A stretch of 64,000 nucleotides of DNA from Eledone cirrhosa (Eukaryota), in NCBI GenBank assembly GCA_964016885.1, contig OZ024743.1, forward strand, positions 225,246,001 through 225,310,000. The letters run 5' to 3'. The notes below the pieces were generated by a model. That model was not told where the DNA came from, made no database searches, and saw only the letters and a program-made list of their open reading frames with translations. A program made the translations under genes and the position numbers. Shown one piece after another: positions 1 to 14,275 of the stretch (the first letter of the stretch is position 1; each line of letters starts with the position of its first letter).

Positions 1-203
1 CAGGTGCCACGGTAAAAAAGCACCCTGCACTCACTGTAAATGAGGTTGGTGTTAGGAAGGGCATCCAGCTGTATAAATCAAGCCAAAACTAGTTCCTGTA
101 TGAGCAGGACATGGTCACCTGACCTGGCATTGCCCACAACAGGACAACCCATGCTAGCGTGGAAGAATGGACATAAAACGGTGATGAGGATGATGATGAT
201 GAT
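1..203 (+). mobile_element. 3' tail of RTE LINE / RTE-tailed SINE ending in (GAT)n
   Basis: GGTTGGTGTTAGGAAGGGCATCCAGC motif and (GAT)n tail, the same motifs as the 3' end of the RTE at ~23260-23400. Confidence 0.75.
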
Positions 204-470
204 ACATACATATATATATATGAGTGAAGAATAACATGGATTGGCTATACAGTAGGGTTTATTCCAAGTATTAACAAATGTTTCACTGGTCCAGTGTGTC
301 TAAAAACTGCCTGCCGCATTGTGTCGCGGCACCTGATTTTAATTAAAGTTTACACCTTGTTGAATCAAACAACACCGAAGGTTAGATCCTTGATACAGAA
401 TACTCATAACCTCTACTTGGATTGCTTTAAATGATACCTCGTTAACCTAAATATATATATATATATATAT

Positions 471-658
471 AATTGTTTCTACTTTAGGCACAAGGCCAGC
501 AATTACCCAGTGCATTACTGGTACTTTATTTTATCGACCCCGTAAGGATGAAAGGCAAAGTCAACCTCGGCGGGATTTGAACTCAGATCGTAAAGGGACG
601 TAACTATGCTGGAAAGCATGGCGTCCGACCCTCTACCGATACTGCCAATCCACCGCCC
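471..658 (-). mobile_element. tRNA-derived SINE (family 1)
   Basis: Minus strand: GGCGGTGGATTGGCAGTATCGGTAGAG (A-box-like) ... GAGTTCAAATCCC (B box) ... GGTCGATAAAATAAAGTACCAG; near-identical copies at ~6694, 6947, 11417, 16490. Confidence 0.8.
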
Positions 659-946
659 TATATATATATATAATGAATAGATAAGACTGTTGGAGTTTGA
701 AGCAATACAGAATTTAAAATGAGTGATTTAGAAAGGAACAACATTGGATTTCAGAAAAGATTAAATACGAATTTGAACAAGACTAAATTTTTACCTTAAA
801 GCATTAAATAATCCTGATATGTTTTACTGAAATATGTTGTGGATTACACAATGTTTCAAGGTAGAAGTTTAGTTTTTTTTCCTTTTATGATATATAATCT
901 ATTCCTAACTGCATTTCATGCTGCTTTTCAAATTACTGTGTATATG

Positions 947-2556
<1,610 letters not shown>

Positions 2557-2925
2557 ATATATATATATATATACATAAACACACATATATATATATTTAT
2601 ACACACACGCATCTCTCTCTCTCATATATATCATCATCGTTTAACATCTATCTTCCACGCTAGCATGGGTTTAGAATATATATATATATATATATATATA
2701 TACTGTGATAATTATTGCTATTTTGCTGAACTCCTTTGTAGAGTTTTTTTTCAGAATGTATTTGACTGCTATTTCTTGTAAATAAACATTCACTTCCATC
2801 CTGACGTCACTAGCCCCATTTTTTCCTCATGTGCTTTTTCATAAATACACATGAAGGCGAACTAGCCAGTTTTAGAATTCCCTTTTTCGGACTATATTAC
2901 TGTGAGAGCCCTGGTTTTCTGTTGA

Positions 2926-3007
2926 GCTCTGCTGATGAATGATATTCCAACCGTGACCATCTCCACTGAAAGTTTTCATGAAATAGTCTTTTAAGACTAT
3001 ACAGAGC
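2926..3007 (+). ncRNA. Type I hammerhead ribozyme
   Basis: GCTCTG-CTGATGA-ATGA..TCAT-GAAA-TAGTCTT/AAGACTA-TA-CAGAGC: helices I, II, III and an intact core; AUA cleavage triplet. Confidence 0.8.
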
Positions 3008-3556
3008 ATTTGATGTTATTCCAAATTGAAGGATAAGTGTTTCAAACTTTGTTTTATCATGAGTTAAAGGTCTATAGATTTTTCCCTGGATTTTACTAAA
3101 TTCTGTGGATGAATTTGTATCCTGATTCTCTTTTGAGATGAGTTTGAGTTATTTTTCCTAAATCTTTATTTAACTACTTTTCCCATCTTGATGTTATAGT
3201 CGCATATATGTTATAGAATGCCGTTAGCTTCTTGCTAAAACAATCTCTATACCTCTCATTTATATTTATACTCGGATTCTTTTCCTAGAGTGCTTAAACT
3301 ATCTGTGACTAATCCCGGTTTTTTTCATAAAAACTGTGATAATTATTGCTATTTTGCTGAACTCCTTTGTAGAGTTTTTTTTCAGAATGTATTTGACTGC
3401 TATTTCTTGTAAATAAACATTCACTTCCATCCTGACGTCACTAGCCCCGTTTTTTCCTCATGTGCTTTTTCATAAATATACATGAAGGCGAACTAGCCAG
3501 TTTTAGAATTCCCTTTTTCGGACTATATTACTGTGAGAGCCCTGGTTTTCTGTTGA

Positions 3557-3638
3557 GCTCTGCTGATGAATGATATTCCAACCGTGACCATCTCCACTGA
3601 AAGTTTTCATGAAATAGTCTTTTAAGACTATACAGAGC
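3557..3638 (+). ncRNA. Type I hammerhead ribozyme (second copy)
   Basis: Same motif, offset by +631. Confidence 0.8.
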
Positions 3639-3907
3639 ATTTGATGTTATTCCAAATTGAAGGATAAGTGTTTCAAACTTTGTTTTATCATGAGTTAAAG
3701 GTCTATAGATTTTTCCCTGGATTTTACTAAATTCTGTGGATGAATTTGTATCCTGATTCTCTTTTGAGATGAGTTTGAGTTATTTTTCCTAAATCTTTCG
3801 TTAACTACTTTTCCCATCTTGACGTTATAGTCGCATATATGTTATAGAATGCCGTTAGCTTCTTGCTAAAACAATCTCTATACCTCTCATTTATATATAT
3901 ATATATT

Positions 3908-4660
3908 TTGAGGCAAGAGTGATTGTCTTGCTCGCATAGGACTGTCTGGCAGGTTTTCTACAGTTGGATGCCCTTCCTAACACCAACCACATTTACAGTG
4001 TGGGTCTGGGAGGTTTTTACCGTGTTGCCTACACGGCCACATTACAGCGTGGACTGTGTGTTTTTTTGTCGTGACACCTACACGATCTCATTTGTTTCGG
4101 CCTGGATGGTGTGGTACCAACATAACTTTACATAGAAGGGGGTGGTGTGGATGGGGTGGGGGTAGTTGGACGGGGTGTATTTTGTTAGAGATGCCTACTG
4201 GCTGTAGTAGGTTTTACTATGTATTTAGGTAAGGCGTGTCTTCTCTATTACTGAGTACCGCCAAAGGTCTCGGTCCAGTGACATTGTCTTGGAGAGGTGT
4301 AAGTGTGTGAGGTCGGAGTTTATCAGCTCGTCCCAGGTTTTTCTAGGTCTGCCTATTCCGTGGCTACCGTCTATCTTTATTGCCCTGCACTTTGTTATAC
4401 AGCTATCGACTTTCATGCGCATCACGTGTCCATACCAACGCAGCCTTCGCTCGAGTAAACAACATCTGATCCCTCTTATTTCTAATTTTTTCCTTAGTTC
4501 GTTTATGCTTTGCCGTTCACGTATATTACTATTACACATCCAGCGGAGCATGCAAGCTTCGTTCCTCTCTAGTCTGCGTATATCCTCTGCACACAATGCC
4601 CAGGTCTCACTGCCATGCAACATTGCTGTTCGTATGCAGGCATCATACAACCTGCCTTTC
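3908..4660 (-). mobile_element. 5'-truncated RTE LINE 3' fragment
   Basis: ORF 4225..4662 (MKGRLYDACIRTAMLHGSETW...[11 protein letters not shown]...GRPRKTW) plus 3' UTR matching 23025-23340. Confidence 0.9.
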
Positions 4661-4674
4661 AATATATATATATA

Positions 4675-4732
<58 letters not shown>

Positions 4733-4859
4733 AAAGTTTTATTTAAGATTGTTGGGTTAGAAATATATATAACGTTAGAAATATATATAACGAAATAAAT
4801 ATGGTTTTATAAATATAGTTTCCATTTGTTTAATATCGTATATATATATATATATATAT

Positions 4860-4992
4860 ATTATAGTACAGATTAAAGTTTAAGCAAATAATTTCTGCTT
4901 TCACCATATACAGGATCTTCTGAAGCTCTTCAGAAGATCCCCTATAGCGTAAAAGCAGAAATTCTTTGATAAACATTTATCTGCACTAATAA
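4860..4992. repeat. Decayed fold-back palindrome (pLTR-like)
   Basis: Arms centred on GGATCTTCTGAAG-CT-CTTCAGAAGATCC; left arm also seen at ~59220. Confidence 0.65.
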
Positions 4993-5119
4993 TGAATATT
5001 TGCTCTCCGGGTTTATATATACATAATCCTTATTGAGCCCTCTTCAGACTTTGATCTTTGTATTTATTAAAATAATTCTTATCATTATCACAGAGGCTGC
5101 AGGCAAAACAAAACAAAAC

Positions 5120-5510
5120 AAAATTCATGCACCTCAATGCAATGTCATGGACACTGACAAATAAGATTAATGGCACATTTACCCAGATGCTGAGAAAGGT
5201 CCAGAACATATCCTGGAGAGAAATTGGTATCACAAAGAAATCAGTTTATGGTTTTCACCTTCATCTTTCTGACATCATAAGGTATAGGAGACTCGCATTA
5301 GCTTACATGTAAAATGTCACAATGAACCTACTAGCAGTGTTCTTTAGTTCTTTTCTGGAAACCCTATGTGTTCAGATGAATTGGGAAACCAACCACAACA
5401 CTGAAGGATGTTCTTGAAGATGACACCAGGTTGAAGGCAGGGGAACTTCAGACAGCAATGCTAGACAGGGTGAGGTGGAGGAGGATCTTCATCATGGGAC
5501 TGGTATTGGT
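5120..5510 (+). mobile_element. Old degenerate non-LTR (RTE-like) 3' remnant
   Basis: WTLT...MLRKVQNISW...RRL and AMLDRVRWR fragments. Confidence 0.45.
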
Positions 5511-6693
5511 TGTCAGAAGATATATATATATATATACATATATGTACATACACACATACATTTATACATATATTTATATATATATATATATATATAATGG
5601 CCAACACAGACGACCCATCTGACCTATGCAAGCAAGGAAAATGACCGTTAAACCGGTGATGATATATATATCTATATTTATACATTTATATACGTATATA
5701 TATATACATACATACACCCCACCACAGACACTCCTATATATAAGGCAGCTGTATTCTGTTATAATACAAATATAATAGAAATTATTCCATGTGAAATATT
5801 TAAGCTACCAAGAGTTTACTTAAAAAATACATAATCTATTTTTCCATACATTAGGTATAGAATTGATTCATTTTGTAAGAACTTTTCAGAATACATTGAA
5901 AGCATAGAAGCTTTGTTCAGTTGCAACTCTGAAGTTAAGGAGAGCCTGTAGTGTATAAGTTGTTTAATCTTGTTAAAAGTGAGCATTAATAATTTTAATA
6001 TATTTGTAAATGACATGAATAATTTATTTATAGCTATAATACTTGTTCTTATCAGATGAAATTATTTGGTTTAGTAGTTAGAGTGCTGGGCTCACATTCA
6101 TAAGATTGTGAATCTGATTCCTGGACCAGGTAACGTGTTTTGTTCTTGAGTAAGACCCCTAATGTCATGTAGCTTAAGTCTGTTCAGCTAGAAAAAAGTG
6201 CCAAGTCGGATTAGCCTTTGCCTGTTCCTTGGGTAACATCAGTGTTGTGGATAGGGGAGATTTGCATGCAGGGGGGGGGGGACCAGTCTTCCACAAAACA
6301 CACTGCCCAGACATGTGCCTCAGATGAGTAAATTAAGGGTCTAGCCTTGTTATATTGTAGGTCCTGCTTGAGAATTATCGTATTTTTCAGATAAGATGCA
6401 CCCTTACTTTGAAAAAAAATATATTTGAGGAAAAAGTTAATATACATAGCTTGTGTGCACATAGAACTTTTATCATCATATTCGTACTTTCAGTATGTAG
6501 GTCATGAACAGGTTTTGACCAAAAATTTGGGGTAAAAAAATGTGACTTTACATGAAAAATTATGGTATATTAAGGGTACATATGACTGTGGGATATTCAT
6601 CTGTTAGTACATTAATTAATAAGTTGGATATTCACTTATGGCAATGAATTGGGAATCCCTCACATACCAACATTATTTCCTATAATAAAAAGT

Positions 6694-7250
6694 GTGGTGG
6701 ATTGGCAGTATCGGTAGAGGGTCGGACATGCTTTCCAGCATAGTTACGTCCCTTTACGATCTGAGTTCTAATCCCGCCAAGGTTAACTTTGCCTTTCATC
6801 TTTACGGGGTCGATAAAATAAAGTACCAGTAATGCACTGGGTAATTGCTGGCCTTGTGCCTAAAGTAGAAACAATTATTTCCTATAATCAGGGCAAATAG
6901 TACTGGGAATTCCTCACATACCAACATTATTTCCTATAATCAGGGCAGTGGATTGGCAGTATCGGTAGAGGGTTGGACGCCATGCTTTCCAGCATAGTTA
7001 CATCCCTTTACGATCTGAGTTCAAATCCTGCCGAGGTTGACTTTGCCTTTCATCCTTACGGGGTCGATAAAATAAAGTACCAGTAATGCACTGGGTAATT
7101 GCTGGCCTTGTGCCTAAAGTAGAAACAATTATTTCCTATAATCAGGGCAAATAGTACTGGGAATTCCTCACATACAAACATTATTTCTCATAATTGCTGG
7201 CCTTGTGCCAAAAGTAGAAACAATTATTTCTCATAATCAGGGCAAATAGT
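6694..7250 (+). mobile_element. Tandem duplicated SINE family 1 copies with duplicated flanks
   Basis: Full copies at ~6694-6878 and ~6947-7130, a partial copy at 7191-7225, and a repeated flank (TTCCTATAATCAGGGCAAATAGTACTGGGAATTCCTCACATAC). Confidence 0.8.
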
Positions 7251-7949
7251 AATGTTCATGTAAACAAGAACATGTGCTTTTTTGTTTTGTTATTTTGCCA
7301 AAGGAACTCAAGCTCAACAAAGAATGATAAATATGTATAATAGGTTTTCCAATAAAGAGAAAAGCAGTAAAAATAAATCAATAAATAAATAAGTAAATAA
7401 ATAAAAAATAAACTTAATGGGAGATTTTATGATAGAATAGTTATGTCCTTTGTGTAATTAGGTCAGTAATTACATTTCTTTTTAATAGTTGTAACTGGAT
7501 ACATAGATAGACAGTTGTCTTGTTACATGGGGAATAGTAGAGGGTAGACAGCAAAGATAAAAACAGGAGAATTATTGAAATAGATTTTATTATTCTACAT
7601 AATATTTACTTTCATTTTTTCATATTTGTTGAGTTTTAGTAAGCTTAGTTTTAGTCTTGTTTCTCCCCAGTTCAGCCCTGATGATCAGGAGCATTCCTGT
7701 CATGACCACCCCGAGTTTTGTATACTGTCACTTTTCCAACATGATGGTTTTGTAAGCAGTAAGCTTCCATATTTGCTGCCAACTTTGCATCTAACTCTAT
7801 ACTTCATGTACTAAGTCAATCTCCTTTCATTGCAGTCATTGAACTGCAGTAATGCTAGGGCACTGTCTTGCAGTAAAATAAAGTCACAGTGGATTTTAAT
7901 CTTGTCTCTACTCATTTTTATCAGGGTATACATTCTTCAAGAGTGTATT

Positions 7950-8385
7950 GTTAAGATAAATGTGTGGGAAGTGCTATGATTTATGGAAATGAGATATGGG
8001 TGATGAACGTGGAGCAGTTGAAAAGGCTAAAAAGAATGGAAATAGGACTAGTTCAGTGGATGAGCAGAACATTGCTCAGAGAGAGGAAGACAAACAATGA
8101 ATTGCAGAGGATGATGGGAATAGAGCAATTTCGGGGAGAGAAATGGAATGAAATTCTGATTCATGTATTGAGGAAGGCTTAAAGTGACTGGATGAGAAGA
8201 TGGAGATGATTATGGAAGGAACTAGAGGAAGGGGGAGACCAAGAAAGATGTAGCTAAAGATGATAGAGGAGGAAATAAATGTGAGGGGGCTTTGAGGCAG
8301 GGATGCAGTCAATATGGCAAAACAAAGAAACTTGCATGTAACCCAGAAGGTTAATCCCTGCTTTAGCAAGTAAAATGGACTTTAA
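7950..8385 (+). mobile_element. Degenerate RTE 3' fragment
   Basis: AMIYGNEIW...LKRME...WM; GGGAGACCAAGAAAG (GRPRK) remnant. Confidence 0.6.
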
Positions 8386-8530
8386 ATGCATGTTGTCATA
8401 TTGTTGTTGCATAAAATTAGTCAAGATATAGCAATAATAACATCTTATATACAGCTATTTAGTATAAATAGCTGTGCATCTTATGTCTTCAATAAGGTTT
8501 ACAGAGGGCAGATATGTATGCATTATATAT

Positions 8531-8828
8531 CAGTGACCTCCAACCTTTTTTATACCATGGACTGGCTTCATGCTGGACAATCTTTCCGTGGACTGGTATT
8601 TATACATATGTGTTAATTAAGTGCATTTCGATAAAGAGAACAATAATAAAAAGAGCAATTTATTAAAGTAGATGAATATTGAATACAAAACAAATCTTTT
8701 AAAATTAAAGTCCAATATTCAATTTATCTATTATATGATTTTAAACAAGTTAATTATTTCTTTGTGGCCTGGTAGGAAATGATCCATTGACCGGTACCGG
8801 TACGCAGCCTGGTGGTCGGGGACCTCTG
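8531..8828. mobile_element. hAT-type MITE
   Basis: Imperfect TIRs CAGTGACCTCCAACC / GGTCGGGGACCTCTG with an exact 8-bp TSD TTATATAT (8523-8530 and 8829-8836). Confidence 0.75.
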
Positions 8829-9478
8829 TTATATATCACAATCTGTGAACTATAAGTTTCCAATAGACCAAAACTAGTCCATTGCATTGCTGATAGCAAG
8901 AGTCACAAGGGAGTACCTGTAACTCAATGTAGAACAAACATCACAAAGAATATATTCTTAAATCTGTTTTTTTTTTGCAGTTTTTGCACCAATAGTTTAC
9001 ATCCTTTGTTGATATACATCGATCAAAAATATGTTCACACACATATATACACATATGACAGCCTTCTAAACATTTTCCTGGCCCAAAATTCAAATTCCAC
9101 TCATAAAGTATTGGTGAGTCAGTTGGCCAAGGTTTCAGGAAGTAGGACTGAATCTAAAAGCACATGGTTGCAAATATAGTTCTTAACCACATAGCCATGA
9201 CTGCAGCCATTAAATAGTATGTTTTCATTCTTATTTAAGAGCAAAAAAACTTTTACATTCACCTTGTTTATTTCTTAATAGAGTGTAAAAAAACACATAC
9301 ATATATATGTATGTGTGCACGCACAAATATTATGCATGTACTTACAAGTATATATGAATTTACCTAGTTGATGTTGTCTAATTTTTAATGAAAATGTCTT
9401 GTTTCTATGTTAGAAACTGACTCTCTCTATATTGGTGAAAATTTATAAAATAATAAAACCAGAAGAACATACAAATGA

Positions 9479-9543
<65 letters not shown>

Positions 9544-11416
9544 ATATACACACACATATAAAATCAAATTTGGAAAGCTAATATTTCAAAAATATTGCAA
9601 ATAAATTTCATTAACAATGAATGACACCTTATTTTGTTTAGCTAAACACAGAAAGTAAATATAGAATGTGGAGCAACAATTGTGCATTGAGAAGCTATTG
9701 ATATATTTAATAAAATATCTTTACCTGGTTAGAAAACAACAATAAGAAATATATTGATTTTTTTGACCATTTAACAAGAAAAACAAGAAGAGAAACTGCA
9801 AAAGCAATCATCATAGTCTGAGAAAAACAGAACCCAAAGACTGAGTTATAAATTCTATCTTGTATATAAATGGATTAGTTTAGTCAATAAAAGAATATGA
9901 AAATTAAAAAGCACTTGGTTATATAAAGTTGGACAAAACAGTAATGAAAGCATTTCCTGCATGAGTATCTGGAAAATATATTAATTAGAGTGTGTGTAAT
10001 CTAGAAGAAAGCAGCGTGGAAATGAAATCTTCTGATCAGACTAACACAGTGAGATCAATATTCCAGTTTATAGCAGGATAAAGAATAAATGAAAGAACCA
10101 TATGTAGCAGCCGCAGAAGCAGAATATCAACAATAGACTGGAGAAGAAGCTTTAGACAAGAATTATCTCAGCAATAGGTATATATTTGAATATGTGATAT
10201 AGAATATAACTAAATCCTATTTTCTGGGTGGCCCTGACATTCTTCTATTTACTAACAAGATCGTTCTAAATTTTCTCTCTATCAATTGTATTCAGAAATT
10301 TGGGACAATCAAATTGGTCTCTGCTTAGCTATTTTTTTTTAGACTAGGAAATAATTTCAATCATCTACATAAAATGTCTATTGGATAACATTAATAGAAG
10401 ATGCCCTTTATTTGGTCCTTTTCATTGACCTTGCTGTCAATAGTTTGATATAAGTGTTATAACTTTAATAGCTATCATTCTTTGCATATATATCTTATCA
10501 CAAGAATGAAACATACATTTTAGTTTTCTATCTTTTCTTTTCTTTGTTTCTTACTAAGTGATTGTTAATCTTTGTTCTAATACTTTTTTCTCTTCAAAAT
10601 CCCAATATCCTGAGAATGGTGACATTAGACAGCTTTATATTACATATATCTGAGACCATACTACCAATTACAATAAGCACATATATATCATTCTTATCAA
10701 GATTTTTCAGCTAAAATGTAGAGGGTGATTTTATTTTTGCTTTACACTTTTTCCATCATTCTATCAGTTTATGTTCAGTCATAGAGACAGTGCCAAACAA
10801 AAGGTTTAATCTCTCTAGAGCTGGCATCCTGATAAAATCCATCCAGTACACTCTGTAAAATGGTTAGTATTAGGAAGAGCATCCAGTTATAGAAACCTTA
10901 CTATAATTGGAACATATATGAAAAATAATCCTGGCTGTACTGGCTTAGTCCATGATGACCCATCCTATCCATGCCAGCATATAAAAAAAAACAGATGCTA
11001 AATCATTGTCATCATTGTCTTTGTCGCCATCATCATCATCATCAACAAACCCCCACTGTATGTATCTACTTCACTGAGAAAATTTAATTAGATTACAAAT
11101 TCAGTCCTTATTGTCTAAATTTTAAAAGAAAAATGTTAATAGAAATGATAAACTAAAATCTTTTAGATATATACCTAATTAAAATTAATGCAACTCCCTG
11201 AAACTGTTTGACAACATCAAATGCTCAACTTGTGATCAATATAAAAGCTTTCTGAAAGGTATGATATATGGAAAGAGAAATTGAGGACACTCCAATGATA
11301 GATTGAGGGATCAGATCATAAAATGGTCCCAATGTTAAACATGGACAGAACTCACAGTAATTACAATGCATAGGAAATATATTCATGATGTTTTGTACTT
11401 TGCTGTAAACAAAAAT

Positions 11417-11590
11417 AATTGTTTCTACTTTAGGCACAAGGCCAGCAATTACCCAGTACATTACTGGTACTTTATTTTATCGACCCCATAAGGATGAAAG
11501 GCAAAGTTAGCGAGATTTGAACTCAGACTGTAAAGGGACGTAACTATGCTAGAAAGCATAGCGTCCAACCCTCTACCGATACTGCCAATG
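11417..11590 (-). mobile_element. SINE family 1
   Basis: Matches 471-650. Confidence 0.8.
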
Positions 11591-12027
11591 CAAAAATAAT
11601 GATTGAAAAGAAAAACGTTGCTATTTTCAGTGAAAGTGTGGAAATGGGAAGGTTTGGTTGCTATTTTTATACCTGTGAAATGGGAAGGTTTGGTTGCTAT
11701 TTTTATAACTGTGCAGAGGTTCATAATTTTCTACCTTCTTTAAATAACATTGAGCTTAAGAGCATATTTACATTGGAATTTTAAAACAAAGCCTGCAATT
11801 GTGTTAATATTATTATGAATGGATTCTTTTTCTGAAATATATTGCTCAATCATGATAAAAATACAGATGTAATAATTAGCCAAAACTAAAGCAAGTATAT
11901 AATTATTCATTAAACCAGTACAAAATATGAAGCTTGTGATAATGTTTGAAGACATGATCTTTTGTTTATCATGTTAGTCCAGTGAATAAATAAATGAATA
12001 TAGGAGTATTATATATATATATATATA

Positions 12028-12349
12028 ATGTAGGAGGTGAGTTTTATTGTAGCACAATAAAGCAATGCAAATATCGGATAAGTAGCACTCTACAGTTTGT
12101 AGGACTGGAGTATAAATAATATAAGATCAAAAGATGGTTAAAAGAGTTCCAAGTATTTCATTATGCGCATTTCAAAAACAAATATCATCATGTTGATTTA
12201 AAACTTCACTACTCACAAGTGTTTTTTAAGCTTCATATCATGTCTCCCTATTTTATCTGATGAGAACGCAGATATCATCCCATGATGATATTTGTTTTTG
12301 AAATGCGCATAATAAAATACTTGGAACTCTTTTAACCATCTTTTGATCT

Positions 12350-12357
<8 letters not shown>
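12028..12357. mobile_element. Solo Penelope pLTR (family A) in inverted/fold-back arrangement
   Basis: 12028-12192 is the reverse complement of the pLTR end (cf. 26150-26315); 12190-12357 is forward pLTR matching 43225-43392; flanked by (TA)n. Confidence 0.8.
12249..12319 (+). ncRNA. Type I hammerhead, PLE family A pLTR
   Basis: TATTTTAT-CTGATGA-long helix II-GAAA-TGCGCA-TA-ATAAAATA; palindromic minimal helix III. Confidence 0.8.
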
Positions 12358-12391
<34 letters not shown>

Positions 12392-13240
12392 TTTAGATAT
12401 CTTGTCATGTTACATAATCAATTATAATCAGACTCTTTTAAGCAACAGCTGAATCTGTTATGTTATATGGCTGTGGGGCATGGACATTCACACAGATGCT
12501 AGAACATCAGCTAGAGGGAATGTACTCCAGCATATTACAGAGGGATTTTTAACATTTTTAGAAGAGCCAAACCGCTAATACAGAATATTATGATGGTCTG
12601 GCAAAGTTAACTGAAAAATATAGCCCAGTAAAGATTGCAATTGGCAGATTACTGTGTGAAACAACTTGAAGAAATAACCTAAAATCTAGTGTGATGACAG
12701 CTAATAGATGAACAGATAAACTGTACTGACACTGTATTGAAGACTGGTCGAATAAGATCTAGCATGGGTATGTTTCCTTGGTTTGATCGGAAGATTGGTT
12801 CAGATGAGAGACAAGATTATTTTTAGAGAGGAACCAAGAATATAAATTAAATATACTTACTATTATCACACCAAGTTTCTCTTGCTCTCCAGAACCCAGT
12901 ATAGGTAAACACACAACCACTGCAATATCAAAACAAAAAAATATTTAATCAGCAACAATGATTATTATGTTTTTTACGATACAAAATATAAATTACAACT
13001 GTTGATGTATTATTAACCCTTTCATTACCATATTTCTAATTAAAGCACTGCCTATGATTTTCAAATAATTTTGAGGGATTTAGTCATATAACTAACTTTC
13101 TTAATACAAAACTGGTGTTTGGGTGAAAACTTAAACATTCTTACATAAAATTATGATGGAAGGGCTTTAGACATATATAAACACTTTAAAACATTGGGGA
13201 AATATTGATGTTATACTGCAATATATTAACAGTGACTTAA

Positions 13241-13458
13241 CCCTTTAGCGTTCAAACCGGCCAAAACCGGCCAGAATTCTCTACCTCTTTCTGTTGAAAC
13301 AGGCTGTAACTGGTCGCTCAAACTGATGTTAAGGTATTGTTCTCAAAATAAATACTTTCAAAATCTCAGATTCGATATTATGTGAGATAATTATGTGAGG
13401 TAAAGCCTTTACCATGAAAATATAATAGTATATATAAAATAATGTGAATGCTAAAGGA
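13241..13458. mobile_element. piggyBac-like MITE
   Basis: TTAA flanks (13237-40, 13459-62); TIRs CCCTTTAGCGTTCA / TGAATGCTAAAGGA. Confidence 0.65.
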
Positions 13459-14039
13459 TTAACCTATTAAGAAAGGTAAAAATGAAGAAAGGAAGAAAAG
13501 GGGAATGGAATGCAAATAAGCAAATTCTACATCCTTGGCTGGACTGTATACTTCAGTTTCTATGCTCTATGGACAAGATAGTGAAAGTATTGCCATGAAG
13601 AACAGTCAGTGATACCCACTGTATCAGGCATAATGATGTAAATGAGGCCTAGATATTAAGAATATGGGACAATCAGTAATGAAGTTATCATTGTAGTAAA
13701 ACCTGTTTCATTATCTAGAGTACACCACAAGGGATCATGCACAATTAAATGGCTTCAAAAATAGATAGCATTGATTGAGAGAAAGTGTTAGAGTGTTAGA
13801 GTGAAATCAAGAAATTAAATAACGTAAGAATGTTAAAAGTTAACTAACCTAATTAGAAAGAGAGATGTTATTGATTATGTACAGTAATTATGAATACACA
13901 TAGACATAAATGTTTGGGTGTATTCTTTATATTAGTTATAAAGATGTACACAATGTTGTTGGACGTCCATCTGTTCCAACAGTGAGTGTTCCAGTTGTTT
14001 AAATAATGGAACAGCATACTTGTAAAATTAAAGTACAAG

Positions 14040-14275
14040 TAACTAAACATTCTACAGACATGAGCACCTCTAACATAGTTCTCAGGGAGATTCAGCATCA
14101 CACGTGTGACAAGGCTGACTCCTTGAATTTATAGGTACATCTCACTTTTGCCAGATGAGTGAACTGGAGCAATGTAAAAATAAAGTGTCTTGCTCAAAGA
14201 TACAACATATTGCCTGGAAATTAACTCACAGCCTAACAACCATGAACTAAATACCCCAACCACTAAGCCATGCAC
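14040..14275 (-). mobile_element. Degenerate SINE (family 2-like head)
   Basis: Minus strand CATGGCTTAGTGGTT...CTTTGAGCAAGACACTTTATTTT...TTGCTCCAGTTCACTCA, similar to 2260-2380. Confidence 0.6.

Larger units (their letters stand above)
2702..3893 (+). repeat. ~1.9 tandem copies of a 631-bp hammerhead-containing unit (retrozyme/pLTR-like)
   Basis: ACTGTGATAATTATTGC at 2702 and 3333; near-identical copies; flanked by (TA)n. Confidence 0.9.

Noticed and set aside
4921-4975. Hammerhead within the 4860-4992 palindrome
   Set aside because: The core reads CAGAAGA and helix I is missing; at best a decayed remnant.
7660-7775. Possible host exon (polypyrimidine-CAG ... GTAAGC) containing CTGATGA
   Set aside because: No recognisable protein in any frame; it resembles the CTGATGA..TTCC..TGACCA repeat motif near 2932 and lacks a matching GAAA half.
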